IMG/VR virus record: IMGVR_UViG_3300046804_003469
Location: 124,001 to 188,000 of that record
Strand: one strand, 5' to 3'
DNA: 64,000 nucleotides
In this document: positions 31,556 to 40,894 of the stretch, piece by piece
Position numbering within the stretch: position 1 is the stretch's first letter
Layout: each line of letters opens with the position of its first letter
Made by a program: the position numbers and the translations under genes
The notes under the pieces: generated by a model
The model's database searches: none
What the model was told of the DNA's origin: nothing
The model's input: the letters and a program-made list of their open reading frames with translations, nothing else

Positions 31556-32170
31556 ATGGCAACAATTCCAGTAAGAAACCTTTCTCAATTTAAATCAAAG
31601 TTAATTGGTGGTGGTGCTCGTCCTAATTTATTTGAAGTGAACGTAACTTTCCCAACAGGAGTTAATTTAGGAATTCAGGCTGATGGTGGTGGAACATTTA
31701 ACACAGATAATTTTAGATTCCTGTGTAAGGCTGCCGCATTACCTGCATCAAACGTTGCTCCAATTGATGTCCCATTCAGAGGACGTATTTTAAAAGTTGC
31801 TGGAGACAGAACTTTTGATACTTGGACTGTAACCGTTATTAATGATGAAAACTTCCAACATAGAAGAGCATTTGAAGCATGGATGCAAAACGTTGCTCAA
31901 TATGCTGACCATGCTGGTTTAACTAACCCAGCTAGTTACATGGGTAATGCTAATGTTTATCAACTTGGAAGAACTAGATCAAATACTCAAACTCAAAGCA
32001 GCACTTCTGGTAATGCTGCTATATTAGCACAATATAAATTCATTGATATTTTCCCAACTAATGTTTCTGCAATTGAACTTTCTTATGAAAGCACTGATAC
32101 TATTGAAGAGTTTACTGTTGAGTTCCAAGTTCAATACTTCTATCCTGAAAGAGCAGGTTCTGGTGCTTGA
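31556..32170 (+). CDS. gp19: Tail tube protein gp19
   Basis: GGGARPNLFEV, VPFRGRILKVAGDRTFDTWTVTV, IEEFTVEFQ. Confidence 0.98.
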   Translation: MATIPVRNLSQFKSKLIGGGARPNLFEVNVTFPTGVNLGIQADGGGTFNTDNFRFLCKAAALPASNVAPIDVPFRGRILKVAGDRTFDTWTVTVINDENFQHRRAFEAWMQNVAQYADHAGLTNPASYMGNANVYQLGRTRSNTQTQSSTSGNAAILAQYKFIDIFPTNVSAIELSYESTDTIEEFTVEFQVQYFYPERAGSGA

Positions 32171-32176
32171 TAAATA
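32169..32176 (+). promoter_or_regulatory. Late promoter (GATAAATA)
   Basis: Between gp19 and gp20. Confidence 0.7.
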
Positions 32177-32202
32177 GAGCATAAGTAAGACGAATTTTAA
32201 TA

Positions 32203-33879
32203 ATGGCAAAACTGTTTGGTTTTTCAATTAATGATGATAACAAATTGCCCGCTAGTGCGGTCTCTCCCGTTCCTCCGAATACGGATGACGGGGCTGACTT
32301 TTACCTCACTAGCGGGTTTTTTGGATCTTATGTAGACCTTGAAGGAATTTATAGAACTGAATTTGATTTAATTAAAAGATATCGTGAGATGGCACTTCAC
32401 CCAGAATGTGATGGTGCTATTGAAGATATTGTAAATGAAGCAATTGTTTCGGATACAAATGATGTTCCTGTTGAAATTGAATTATCAAACTTAAACGCCA
32501 GTGATGGTATAAAAAATAAAATAAGACAAGAATTTAGATATATTTTAGATCTTTTAGATTTTGATAAAAAATGTCATGAAATTTATAGAAATTGGTATGT
32601 TGATGGAAGAATTCACTACCATAAGATTATCGATTTAAAAAGACCTCAGGATGGCATACAAGAATTAAGATATATTGATGCCATGAAAATTAGGTATGTT
32701 AGACAAACCAAAAAGGAAAAGAAAGATCAATATAGATTATCCAATATGAATCAGGATAATCCCATGCAATATGAGTTTCCTGAAATTGAGGAGTATTTTC
32801 TTTATACTCCTCAAGCAACATATCCATCTTCAAATCCTTCAGCATTAGGAGATCAAAAAGGAATTAAGATTGCAAAAGATGCAATTACTTATTGCACTTC
32901 AGGACTTGTTGATAGAAATAAAGGATCCGTTCTTTCATATCTACATAAAGCAATTAAAGCACTCAATCAACTTCGTATGATTGAGGATAGTCTTGTTATT
33001 TACAGACTTTCTCGTGCTCCAGAAAGAAGAATTTTCTATATTGATGTAGGAAATCTTCCAAAAGTTAAAGCAGAACAATATCTTCGTGATGTTATGATGC
33101 GTTATCGTAACAAACTGGTATATGATGCAAATACTGGTGAAATTCGTGATGATCGCAAATTTATGTCTATGATGGAAGATTTTTGGCTTCCAAGAAGAGA
33201 AGGTGGTAGAGGAACTGAAATTACCACTCTTCCTGGTGGACAAAATCTTGGAGAAATTACAGATATTAAATATTTCCAAGAAAAACTTTACAGATCTTTA
33301 AGTGTTCCACCTTCAAGAATTAGTGGAGATACTGGATTCAATCTTGGCAGATCTTCTGAAATCTTAAGAGATGAATTAAAGTTCACTAAATTTGTTGGTC
33401 GTCTCAGAAAAAGATTTTCAAACATGTTTAACGACATGTTAAAGACACAATTGATTTTAAAGAATATTATTACCCCAGAAGATTGGGAAGTAATGTCACA
33501 ACATATACAATATGATTTCCTTTATGACAATCATTTCTCGGAATTAAAAGAAGCCGAACTCTTAACTGAAAGATTAAATCTTCTTGTGACTGCAGAGCCT
33601 TATGTTGGTAAATATTTCTCCAAAGATTATGTAAGAAGAAAAATTCTTCGTCAAACTGATGAAGAAATCATTGAACAAGATAAAATTATTAATAAAGAAA
33701 TTAAAGATGGTATTATTCCAGATCCAAATGCACCAATAGATCCAAATACTGGAATGCCAATGCAAGATACTGCTGGAATGAATCTTGGTCAACCAGTCAT
33801 GGAACCAGATATTCAAAAACAAGCAGATTCTGCAGTTGGAGTAAAGTCAGATTCTACTGCGCAAAAAGCAAATAAATAA
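32203..33879 (+). CDS. gp20: Portal protein gp20
   Basis: RAPERRIFYIDVGNLPKVKAEQYL, EDFWLPRREGGRGTEITTLPGGQNLG. Confidence 0.99.
   Translation: MAKLFGFSINDDNKLPASAVSPVPPNTDDGADFYLTSGFFGSYVDLEGIYRTEFDLIKRYREMALHPECDGAIEDIVNEAIVSDTNDVPVEIELSNLNASDGIKNKIRQEFRYILDLLDFDKKCHEIYRNWYVDGRIHYHKIIDLKRPQDGIQELRYIDAMKIRYVRQTKKEKKDQYRLSNMNQDNPMQYEFPEIEEYFLYTPQATYPSSNPSALGDQKGIKIAKDAITYCTSGLVDRNKGSVLSYLHKAIKALNQLRMIEDSLVIYRLSRAPERRIFYIDVGNLPKVKAEQYLRDVMMRYRNKLVYDANTGEIRDDRKFMSMMEDFWLPRREGGRGTEITTLPGGQNLGEITDIKYFQEKLYRSLSVPPSRISGDTGFNLGRSSEILRDELKFTKFVGRLRKRFSNMFNDMLKTQLILKNIITPEDWEVMSQHIQYDFLYDNHFSELKEAELLTERLNLLVTAEPYVGKYFSKDYVRRKILRQTDEEIIEQDKIINKEIKDGIIPDPNAPIDPNTGMPMQDTAGMNLGQPVMEPDIQKQADSAVGVKSDSTAQKANK
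33871..33878 (+). promoter_or_regulatory. Late promoter (AATAAATA)
   Basis: At the gp20 3' end. Confidence 0.6.
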
Positions 33880-33904
33880 AAACGATTACTTATTTTTAAA
33901 AATT

Positions 33905-34066
33905 ATGGAAGAATTAATGGATATGATTGCTGCAGATGAAAGTCCTTCACAAATCAGCGATAAAATCAAAGATTTACTTTTTACAAAAGCGGCAGAAAAG
34001 ATAGATGATTTTAAACCATCTGTGTCTTCTTCTTTATTTGGTCAATTCGATACCGACGAGGAATAA
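33905..34066 (+). CDS. 53-aa acidic prohead core protein in the gp67-like position (not in the ORF track)
   Basis: Hand translation: MEELMDMIAADESPSQISDKIKDLLFTKAAEKIDDFKPSVSSSLFGQFDTDEE. Immediately after portal. Confidence 0.7.
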   Translation: MEELMDMIAADESPSQISDKIKDLLFTKAAEKIDDFKPSVSSSLFGQFDTDEE

Positions 34067-34387
34067 ATGAAATCTTTCAAGCAATTTATCTCAGAATCAG
34101 TTAATATTGCTGGCGATTTCACAGGAAATCTTTATATCAACTCGCAACCAGATCAACCACAGCAAGTTGGTGAGGAATATGTTGCTGATGTAATGTGGAA
34201 TGGAAGTTTATATAGGTTGGAATTAACAACTAGAAACGGAATTCCAACAAAACAAGAACTTGGTGAGCAATTACAATCAACTTATCCTGGTGTAGTTGTT
34301 CATCAAATTTATCCAATGATGGAAAAGAATTTAAATATCAAAGATGTAAAAAGATACCACCCATCAAAATTAGAATGGATTGATTGA
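34067..34387 (+). CDS. Putative internal head protein with capsid-targeting-like N-terminus
   Basis: Starts MKSFKQFISE (T4 internal-protein CTS is MKTYQEFIAE). Shares a domain with the 582-aa ORF. Confidence 0.65.
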   Translation: MKSFKQFISESVNIAGDFTGNLYINSQPDQPQQVGEEYVADVMWNGSLYRLELTTRNGIPTKQELGEQLQSTYPGVVVHQIYPMMEKNLNIKDVKRYHPSKLEWID

Positions 34388-34390
34388 TAA

Positions 34391-35821
34391 ATGGCTCAGT
34401 GGAATGTAACTACACAAGATTATTTAAATCAAGAAAGAAGTTTATTTGAAGTCGTTGGTGTCGCTTCCAGTGATGGACAAATTATTAGTGCTCAAAATCC
34501 ATTCCCAGTAACTGGAACAGTTGGAATATCATCAGAAACACTTGTAACAATCAATGCAGATACAAATTCCGTAGATGCTTTTGGAAGACAAAGAGTATCT
34601 GAACCCTTTACTCTTGGTGATTATAAACATCTTTATGCAATTGATCCAAACTTTTTAGATAGTTATTCTGGTGCTGGATCTACAGTATCATTTTTATCAA
34701 ACCAAGCGTGTGCAAGATTATCTACTGGTATTGGATCTACTGCATATTCAGTTCATCAAACTAAATTTTATCATCATTATCAACCAGGAAAATCACAATT
34801 AATTTTCAGTTCTTTTAATTTTTATGCACCCCAACAAAATGCAACAAAAAGAACTGGATACTTTGATGATAGAGATGGAATATTTTTTGAACAAGTTGGA
34901 CTTAGCACTTCAGATGGTATAAATGCTGGTATAGGAACTTATAACTGGGTTATAAGAAGTTATGTTACTGGAATTGCATCAGAAACAAGAATTCCAAGAT
35001 CTCAATGGAATAGAGATAAATTTAATGGAACTGGGGCATCTGGTATAACTCTTGATTTTACAAAAACTCAACTTGCATTTATTGATTTTCAATGGTTAGG
35101 GGTAGGTAGAGTTCGTTGTGGTTTTGCTCACGATGGAAAATTAGTGACTGCACACGAATTTTATCACTCAAATAATTTACCTACAGTATATCTTGCAAAT
35201 CCCAATCTTCCAGTTCGTTGCGAACTTAGAAACACTGGTGTTGGTATTGGAGCATCATTTGATCAAATTTGTGCCACCGTAATGTCTGAAGGTGGATATG
35301 TAGAAAGTGGAATTGATTTTTCTCATACTATGCTTACCACAAGAACAACTCCAACCCCAGCAGGAACAGAGTTTCCTTTGATTGCTATTCGCCTTAAAAA
35401 TAGTTTTCAAGGTTATCCAAATAGAATGTCAGTCAGATTGAATAACTTATCAATTTATTGCGAAACGAATAGTATTTCATATAGAGTTGTTAAACTTCCA
35501 AGTTCCTCATTTTTAAGTAATGCAGGAACTTTAACTTGGACTTCTGCAGCAAATGATAGTGGTGTGGAATACTGTATTGATGCAACAACTTATTCTGATG
35601 GAGATGAGTTTGCATCAGGATTTGTTCCTTCTGGAGCATCTCAAAACTCACTTTCTCCAGTTGCATCAGGGCAACTAAGTTCAGCAAAGAAAAATATTAT
35701 TGTTCAGAATATTGACTCAACAAGTTCAGAAGTTTATGCAATTATTGTGAGAACAATTACAACGACTGGAAATGCAACCGCAAACGTTGCTTGTTCATTA
35801 CAATGGAGAGAGATATATTAA
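34391..35821 (+). CDS. 476-aa hypothetical beta-rich (virion?) protein
   Basis: Long clean ORF with DAFGRQRVSEP, YQPGKSQL and DFQWLGVGRVRCGF motifs; carries GIGT motifs. Confidence 0.75.
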   Translation: MAQWNVTTQDYLNQERSLFEVVGVASSDGQIISAQNPFPVTGTVGISSETLVTINADTNSVDAFGRQRVSEPFTLGDYKHLYAIDPNFLDSYSGAGSTVSFLSNQACARLSTGIGSTAYSVHQTKFYHHYQPGKSQLIFSSFNFYAPQQNATKRTGYFDDRDGIFFEQVGLSTSDGINAGIGTYNWVIRSYVTGIASETRIPRSQWNRDKFNGTGASGITLDFTKTQLAFIDFQWLGVGRVRCGFAHDGKLVTAHEFYHSNNLPTVYLANPNLPVRCELRNTGVGIGASFDQICATVMSEGGYVESGIDFSHTMLTTRTTPTPAGTEFPLIAIRLKNSFQGYPNRMSVRLNNLSIYCETNSISYRVVKLPSSSFLSNAGTLTWTSAANDSGVEYCIDATTYSDGDEFASGFVPSGASQNSLSPVASGQLSSAKKNIIVQNIDSTSSEVYAIIVRTITTTGNATANVACSLQWREIY

Positions 35822-35824
35822 TTT

Positions 35825-35832
35825 AATAAATA
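35825..35832 (+). promoter_or_regulatory. Late promoter (AATAAATA)
   Basis: Intergenic. Confidence 0.65.
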
Positions 35833-35856
35833 ACTAATAAGTGTATTATAAGAATA

Positions 35857-36408
35857 ATGACTCATAGACCAGTTGGAGCTGGTGTTTCAATCGCCACTTC
35901 CATAACTTCAGCACAATCAAGTGCATTTACATGCCAATCAAATGCAATTCGTTTAGTTGCATCTGGTGCTGGTGCATTTGTTGCGATTGGCACAAATCCA
36001 ACTGCAACTACTTCAGATTATTATATTCCAGCAAATACTGCAGCAGTTCTCACTCTTGATATTGGTTCACAAAGAGTAGTTGGTGTTACTACTGGAACAA
36101 CCACAATTATAGATTTTCCAGAAGGAACTGGTTCACCATTTGATGTTGGAGAAACAGTAACTTTGACTGCATCAAGTCAAACATATTATAACTTCACTCA
36201 TGCAACTGTTGCTTCAGTAAATAATTCTTCTGGGGTTGGTGGTTATTATTCCACAAGAATTGTAGTAAATGCCAATACTAGTGGGATTGTAACAGCATTT
36301 ACTGATGCAGATACGACTTTAAGAAAATCATTAAAAGTTGCAGCTAGAACCGATACTGGAACTGGTACACTTTATGCACAACAAATTCAAGTTACAGGAC
36401 AGGCATAA
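35857..36408 (+). CDS. 183-aa Thr/Gly-rich hypothetical structural protein
   Basis: Late promoter upstream; sits immediately before gp21. Confidence 0.75.
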   Translation: MTHRPVGAGVSIATSITSAQSSAFTCQSNAIRLVASGAGAFVAIGTNPTATTSDYYIPANTAAVLTLDIGSQRVVGVTTGTTTIIDFPEGTGSPFDVGETVTLTASSQTYYNFTHATVASVNNSSGVGGYYSTRIVVNANTSGIVTAFTDADTTLRKSLKVAARTDTGTGTLYAQQIQVTGQA

Positions 36409-36409
36409 A

Positions 36410-37057
36410 ATGAAACTTATCAGAGAAGAAATAGAAAAAGTAAAAGTTATTACCGAAGAAAAAAACGGTAAGAAAAATCTTTATATTCAAGGTGTGTTCC
36501 TCCAAAGTGAGTGTGTAAACCGCAATGGAAGGATGTATCCTTTTTCAATTATGGAAAGGGAAGTAAAAAGATATAATGAAAACTATGTTCAAAAAGGTAG
36601 AGCATTAGGTGAACTTGGACATCCTGATGGTCCAACCGTCAATCTCGATAGAGTATCTCATAAAATTGTAGAACTCTATCAAAAAGGAAATAACTTTATT
36701 GGTAAAGCACAAATTTTATCCACTCCAATGGGTAAAATTGCAGAAGCACTTTTAGGTGATGGTGTTACTTTGGGTGTTTCTTCTCGTGGTATTGGTTCTT
36801 TAAAAGAGAATCATAAAGGGTATAAAGAAGTTGGTGAAGATTTTATGCTTGCAACTGCAGCAGATATTGTTGCAGATCCTTCTGCTCCTGATGCTTTTGT
36901 TCAGGGAATCATGGAAGGAGTTGAGTGGGTTTGGAATAATGGAATTCTTGAGCAAAGAGTTCAAGGATTTAAAACAAAGATAGATAGATTAGCAAGATCA
37001 AGACAACTTGAAGAGAATAAATTAAACCTCTTCAATGAATTTCTTGCAAATTTATAA
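36410..37057 (+). CDS. gp21: Prohead protease gp21
   Basis: MKLIREE start, NRNGRMY, ALGELGHP, GVSSRGIGS, DIVADPSAPDAFV. Confidence 0.97.
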   Translation: MKLIREEIEKVKVITEEKNGKKNLYIQGVFLQSECVNRNGRMYPFSIMEREVKRYNENYVQKGRALGELGHPDGPTVNLDRVSHKIVELYQKGNNFIGKAQILSTPMGKIAEALLGDGVTLGVSSRGIGSLKENHKGYKEVGEDFMLATAADIVADPSAPDAFVQGIMEGVEWVWNNGILEQRVQGFKTKIDRLARSRQLEENKLNLFNEFLANL

Positions 37058-37059
37058 TT

Positions 37060-37067
37060 TATAAATA
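37060..37067 (+). promoter_or_regulatory. Late promoter (TATAAATA, perfect T4 consensus)
   Basis: Upstream of gp22/gp23. Confidence 0.85.
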
Positions 37068-37105
37068 AATATAGATTAAATTACTAGGTTAATCGGAGAG
37101 TTCAA

Positions 37106-38335
37106 ATGTCTCGTGGAGATTTACAAGAAATGGAAGTAGGCACTAAGCAATCCAAAACCGCTGTCAATGCAAATGCTAAGGCAGGGGATGCAATGCCAAA
37201 ATTATCAGGAAATCTTCCTGATGGACAAACAGGAAGTTGGGAAGATCTTGGTGGACCAGATCCTTCCAACTATCGTCCAGATGATGATTCAGCAAAACTG
37301 AAGACACCTGGAGCAACTCTGAAGCAAGTCAGAGATGTTGTTAACAAGGGTGCTAAGGGTGCTGATCCAATGAAAGGTCTTAAGAAAGAAGACGCTGATT
37401 ATGATGAGGACGAAGAACTCTTAGAAGGTAAGTACGAAGAAGAGGAAGAGGAGGAAGAAGAGGAAGAGGAAGAAGAAGGTGGTAAGAAAAAAGGTAAGAA
37501 AAAAGTAGCAGAAGCTAAAGAGGAAGAGGAGGAAGAGGAGGAAGAAGAGGAAGAGGAGGAAGAAGAGGAAGAGGATGGTGAGAAGAAAGGTAAAAAGAAA
37601 ATGGAAGAAGACTTCAACATCGATGAAGATGTTGATGCTCTCGTAGGTGGTGAAGATCTTTCCGAAGAATTTAAGGAAAGAGCAAAAGTTATTTTTGAGG
37701 CTGCATTAAGAAGCAAGGTTTCTGAAATTCAAGAAGCACTTGAAGTGCAGTATGAAGAAAGACTCATCGAAGAAGTTTCTGAAATCAAAGCAGAACTTCA
37801 AGAAAGAGTCGATGCATACCTTGAGTATGTTTCTGAAGAATGGATGTCAGAAAATGAACTGGCAGTTGAGCACGGACTCAAATCCGAAATGACCGAATCA
37901 TTCCTTTCAGGAATGAAGGATCTTTTTGAAGCACATTATGTATCAATCCCTGAAGATAAATATGATGTTCTTGAGAGCATGGTAGAAAAACTTGATGACA
38001 TGGAGACAAAACTCAACGAGCAAATCGAGAAAAATATCCATTTAAACAAGCGTCTCGCAGAGTCGGTTGCTGATGGAATCTTTGAACAAGTTTCTGAAGG
38101 TCTTGCGGCTACTCAGAAAGATAAGCTCGCTTCACTTGCCGAAAGTGTTGAGTTTGAAAGTGAAGAAGAATATCGTGAAAAACTGGAGACATTAAGGGAA
38201 TCGTATTTCCCTTCAAGAGGAGCTTCTCCATCAACTAAAGCTGATACCCTTTCAGAGGGCGTAAGCATTGCTCCTGAGTCATACACAGGTTCAATGGCTG
38301 CTTATTTGAAAACTCTTTCAGCATTTAGTAAATAA
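37106..38335 (+). CDS. gp22: Prohead scaffold/core protein gp22
   Basis: LSEEFKERAKVIFEAA, VDAYLEYVSEEWMSEN, KLETLRESYF. Lies between gp21 and gp23. Confidence 0.95.
   Translation: MSRGDLQEMEVGTKQSKTAVNANAKAGDAMPKLSGNLPDGQTGSWEDLGGPDPSNYRPDDDSAKLKTPGATLKQVRDVVNKGAKGADPMKGLKKEDADYDEDEELLEGKYEEEEEEEEEEEEEEGGKKKGKKKVAEAKEEEEEEEEEEEEEEEEEEDGEKKGKKKMEEDFNIDEDVDALVGGEDLSEEFKERAKVIFEAALRSKVSEIQEALEVQYEERLIEEVSEIKAELQERVDAYLEYVSEEWMSENELAVEHGLKSEMTESFLSGMKDLFEAHYVSIPEDKYDVLESMVEKLDDMETKLNEQIEKNIHLNKRLAESVADGIFEQVSEGLAATQKDKLASLAESVEFESEEEYREKLETLRESYFPSRGASPSTKADTLSEGVSIAPESYTGSMAAYLKTLSAFSK
37436..37600 (+). repeat. Two (GAR)n tracts encoding E14 and E18, each followed by a GKKK-type basic cap
   Basis: Direct reading of the GAA/GAG runs. 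Confidence 0.95.
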
Positions 38336-38394
38336 TTGAATTTAATATAATTCAAACCCAAAAAACAAACACTTAGTAAAAAAGGTAAAAGCAA

Positions 38395-39831
38395 ATGTTC
38401 CATTCCGAGCATCTGCAGGAAAAGTGGGCACCACTCTTAGACTATCAGGGTCTTGATCCAATCAAAGATTCTCATCGTAGAGCTGTAACCGCTGTCCTGC
38501 TCGAAAACCAAGAGAAATTCTTAAGAGAGCAATCTGCTTTCGATAACGGTTCCATGAGTATGCTCATGGAGTCCCCAACCAATAGTGCAAACGCTGCTGG
38601 CGCAACAGGTGGATTTGGCGGCGGCGCTGCTGCTGGCGGTCCTACTGCTGGTTTTGATCCAGTTCTGATTTCACTCATTCGTCGTTCAATGCCTAACTTG
38701 GTCGCTTATGACCTCGCTGGCGTTCAACCAATGAGTGGTCCTACTGGACTCATCTTCGCAATGCGTTCACGTTATACCAATCAAAACGGTACTGAGACAT
38801 TCTTCAACGAAGTAGATACTGCATTCTCAGGTCAGAATGCTGGTGGTACTCTTGTTGGATTTGCTGACACTAGTGCTGGTATTGGTACAACTGCACAGTC
38901 TGGTTCTAACCCATCAATTCTGAACCCAACTGCTAGTGCATCACAAACCGATTATAACGTCGGTGAAGGTATGCTCACTGGCGATTCAGAAAATCTTGAT
39001 GGTAACAGCACTGGTGCTTTCAACCAGATGGCATTCTCAATCGAGAAAGTCACTGTTACTGCACGTTCAAGAGCACTGAAAGCCGAGTATTCATTAGAAC
39101 TCGCACAAGACCTCAAGGCAATCCATGGTCTGAACGCTGAGGCTGAGTTAGCAAACATTCTCTCAACCGAGATTCTTGCTGAAATCAACCGTGAAGTTAT
39201 CAGAACCATCTACAAGATTGCTGAACAGGGTGCTGTAGAAAATACCGCAACTGCTGGTGTATTCGACCTCGACGTTGATTCAAACGGTCGTTGGTCAGTT
39301 GAGAAGTTCAAGGGTCTTCTGTTCCAGATCGAAAGAGACGCAAACAGAATCGCTCAGAGAACTCGTAGAGGAAAGGGTAACATCATCATGTGCTCTGCTG
39401 ACGTTGCTTCAGCACTGACCATGGCTGGTGTTCTCGATTACACCCCTGCGCTCAATGCTAACCTCAATGTTGATGACACTGGTAACACCTTCGCTGGTGT
39501 TCTCCAAGGTCGTTACAGAGTTTATATCGACCCATATGCTGCAAACCTTGCTGCTGATAACAGCGGTCTCGCACAGGGCACCAACCAATACTACGTTGTT
39601 GGTTATAAGGGTTCCAGCCCATATGATGCTGGTCTCTTCTATTGCCCATATGTTCCTCTCCAAATGGTACGTGCCGTTGGTGAGAACTCCTTCCAGCCCA
39701 AGATTGGCTTCAAGACCCGTTACGGTATTGTTGCTAACCCATTTGCTGAAGGTACAACCCAAGGTCTCGGCAGACTCAAAGTTAACGCAAACCGTTACTA
39801 CAGAAGAGTTGCTATCAAGAACCTCATGTGA
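38395..39831 (+). CDS. gp23: Major capsid protein gp23
   Basis: EKWAPLL, GVQPMSGPTGLIFAMRSRY, RALKAEYSLELAQDLKAIHGLNAEAEL, FQPKIGFKTRYG. Confidence 0.99.
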   Translation: MFHSEHLQEKWAPLLDYQGLDPIKDSHRRAVTAVLLENQEKFLREQSAFDNGSMSMLMESPTNSANAAGATGGFGGGAAAGGPTAGFDPVLISLIRRSMPNLVAYDLAGVQPMSGPTGLIFAMRSRYTNQNGTETFFNEVDTAFSGQNAGGTLVGFADTSAGIGTTAQSGSNPSILNPTASASQTDYNVGEGMLTGDSENLDGNSTGAFNQMAFSIEKVTVTARSRALKAEYSLELAQDLKAIHGLNAEAELANILSTEILAEINREVIRTIYKIAEQGAVENTATAGVFDLDVDSNGRWSVEKFKGLLFQIERDANRIAQRTRRGKGNIIMCSADVASALTMAGVLDYTPALNANLNVDDTGNTFAGVLQGRYRVYIDPYAANLAADNSGLAQGTNQYYVVGYKGSSPYDAGLFYCPYVPLQMVRAVGENSFQPKIGFKTRYGIVANPFAEGTTQGLGRLKVNANRYYRRVAIKNLM

Positions 39832-39852
39832 TTCATCACACAAAGGTCTCTG

Positions 39853-39878
39853 GGGTGCCGAAAGGCACCCTTTTTTTT
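39853..39878 (+). terminator. Intrinsic terminator after gp23
   Basis: GGGTGCC-GAAA-GGCACCC followed by T8. Confidence 0.92.
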
Positions 39879-39879
39879 A

Positions 39880-39887
39880 TCTAAATA
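39880..39887 (+). promoter_or_regulatory. Late promoter variant (TCTAAATA)
   Basis: Directly after the terminator, before gp3. Confidence 0.6.
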
Positions 39888-39896
39888 TTTAAAAAA

Positions 39897-40460
39897 ATGG
39901 CAACGAGTAACGCATTTAAAAATCAGATACAAAATAGAAACTTTCTTTCCCCAGTTGGATTTAAGTTTTTATTGAATAGAGCACCTAAAGTTGCATTCTT
40001 TAGCAATTCAGCAAATGTTCCTGGAATGACTCTTGGAACAGCAATTCAACCAACATATTTAAAAGATATTGATGTTCCTGGTGATAAAATTACATTTCAA
40101 GATTTTTCTTTAAGATTTTTAGTTGATGAAAATCTTGAGAATTATTTGGAAATACAACATTGGATGAGAGGTCTTGGATATCCAGAATCTTTAGAAGAAA
40201 TTTATAATTTACAATCAGAAAATAAAATTGGAACTACCAGTTCAAAATTAATGGATATATTTTCTGACGGAACTTTGCAAATTTTAACAAGTAGTAATAA
40301 TTTAAATTTTCAAGTAAAATTCAAAGATTTATTTCCAGTAGATTTGTCAAATCTCGAATTTGATGCTACGGATACTGATATTGAATACTTTACAGCACAA
40401 GTCACTTTCAAGTATACTATTTACAATATAACTGATTTAAATGGAAATGTTTTAGCATGA
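39897..40460 (+). CDS. gp3: Tail tube terminator/completion protein gp3
   Basis: NRNFLSPVGFKF, LRFLVDENLENY, AQVTFKY. Follows gp23. Confidence 0.88.
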   Translation: MATSNAFKNQIQNRNFLSPVGFKFLLNRAPKVAFFSNSANVPGMTLGTAIQPTYLKDIDVPGDKITFQDFSLRFLVDENLENYLEIQHWMRGLGYPESLEEIYNLQSENKIGTTSSKLMDIFSDGTLQILTSSNNLNFQVKFKDLFPVDLSNLEFDATDTDIEYFTAQVTFKYTIYNITDLNGNVLA

Positions 40461-40894
40461 GTATTGATCTTGATACTATTCAAAAAATGTGGGAAAAAGA
40501 TTCCCAAATTGATCCAGATAATTTACACACAGAATCTTTAAATATTCCAGTTTTACACGCAAAATATTTTGATTTGTATAATACACTGGTTCTTTTGAGA
40601 AAGAGAGCAGAACAACAAAGAAAAAATATTCGCCATGAAAGATATGAATATTATACAGGAAAAGCAGATCCAGAAGTTTATGTAGAAGATCCTTTTCCTA
40701 AAAAAATTAGAGATAAAGATACACTTCAAAAATATCTTGATGCAGATAATAAATTATCTCAGGTTAATCTTAAAATAGAGTATTATGAAACTATGATAAA
40801 TTACTTAGAGAGTATTCTTAAAGTAATTCAAAATAGAACTTACCAAATTAAGAATGCTGTTGAATTCATTAAATTCCAGGCAGGATATGGTTGA
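40457..40894 (+). CDS. uvsY: Recombination mediator UvsY
   Basis: ESLNIPVLHAKY, EYYTGKA, RTYQIKNAVEF. Confidence 0.92.
   Translation: MSIDLDTIQKMWEKDSQIDPDNLHTESLNIPVLHAKYFDLYNTLVLLRKRAEQQRKNIRHERYEYYTGKADPEVYVEDPFPKKIRDKDTLQKYLDADNKLSQVNLKIEYYETMINYLESILKVIQNRTYQIKNAVEFIKFQAGYG

Noticed and set aside
37399-37716. Minus-strand poly-Ser ORF
   Set aside because: Mirror of the gp22 poly-Glu (GAR)n tract
38336-38355. AT-rich inverted repeat TTGAATT-N6-AATTCAA between gp22 and gp23
   Set aside because: Weak stem with no U-tract. It may be a processing or stability hairpin but cannot be supported.
38472-39892. Several alternate-frame and antisense ORFs over gp23
   Set aside because: Expected by-product of the strong codon bias in a highly expressed gene; no start signals or motifs
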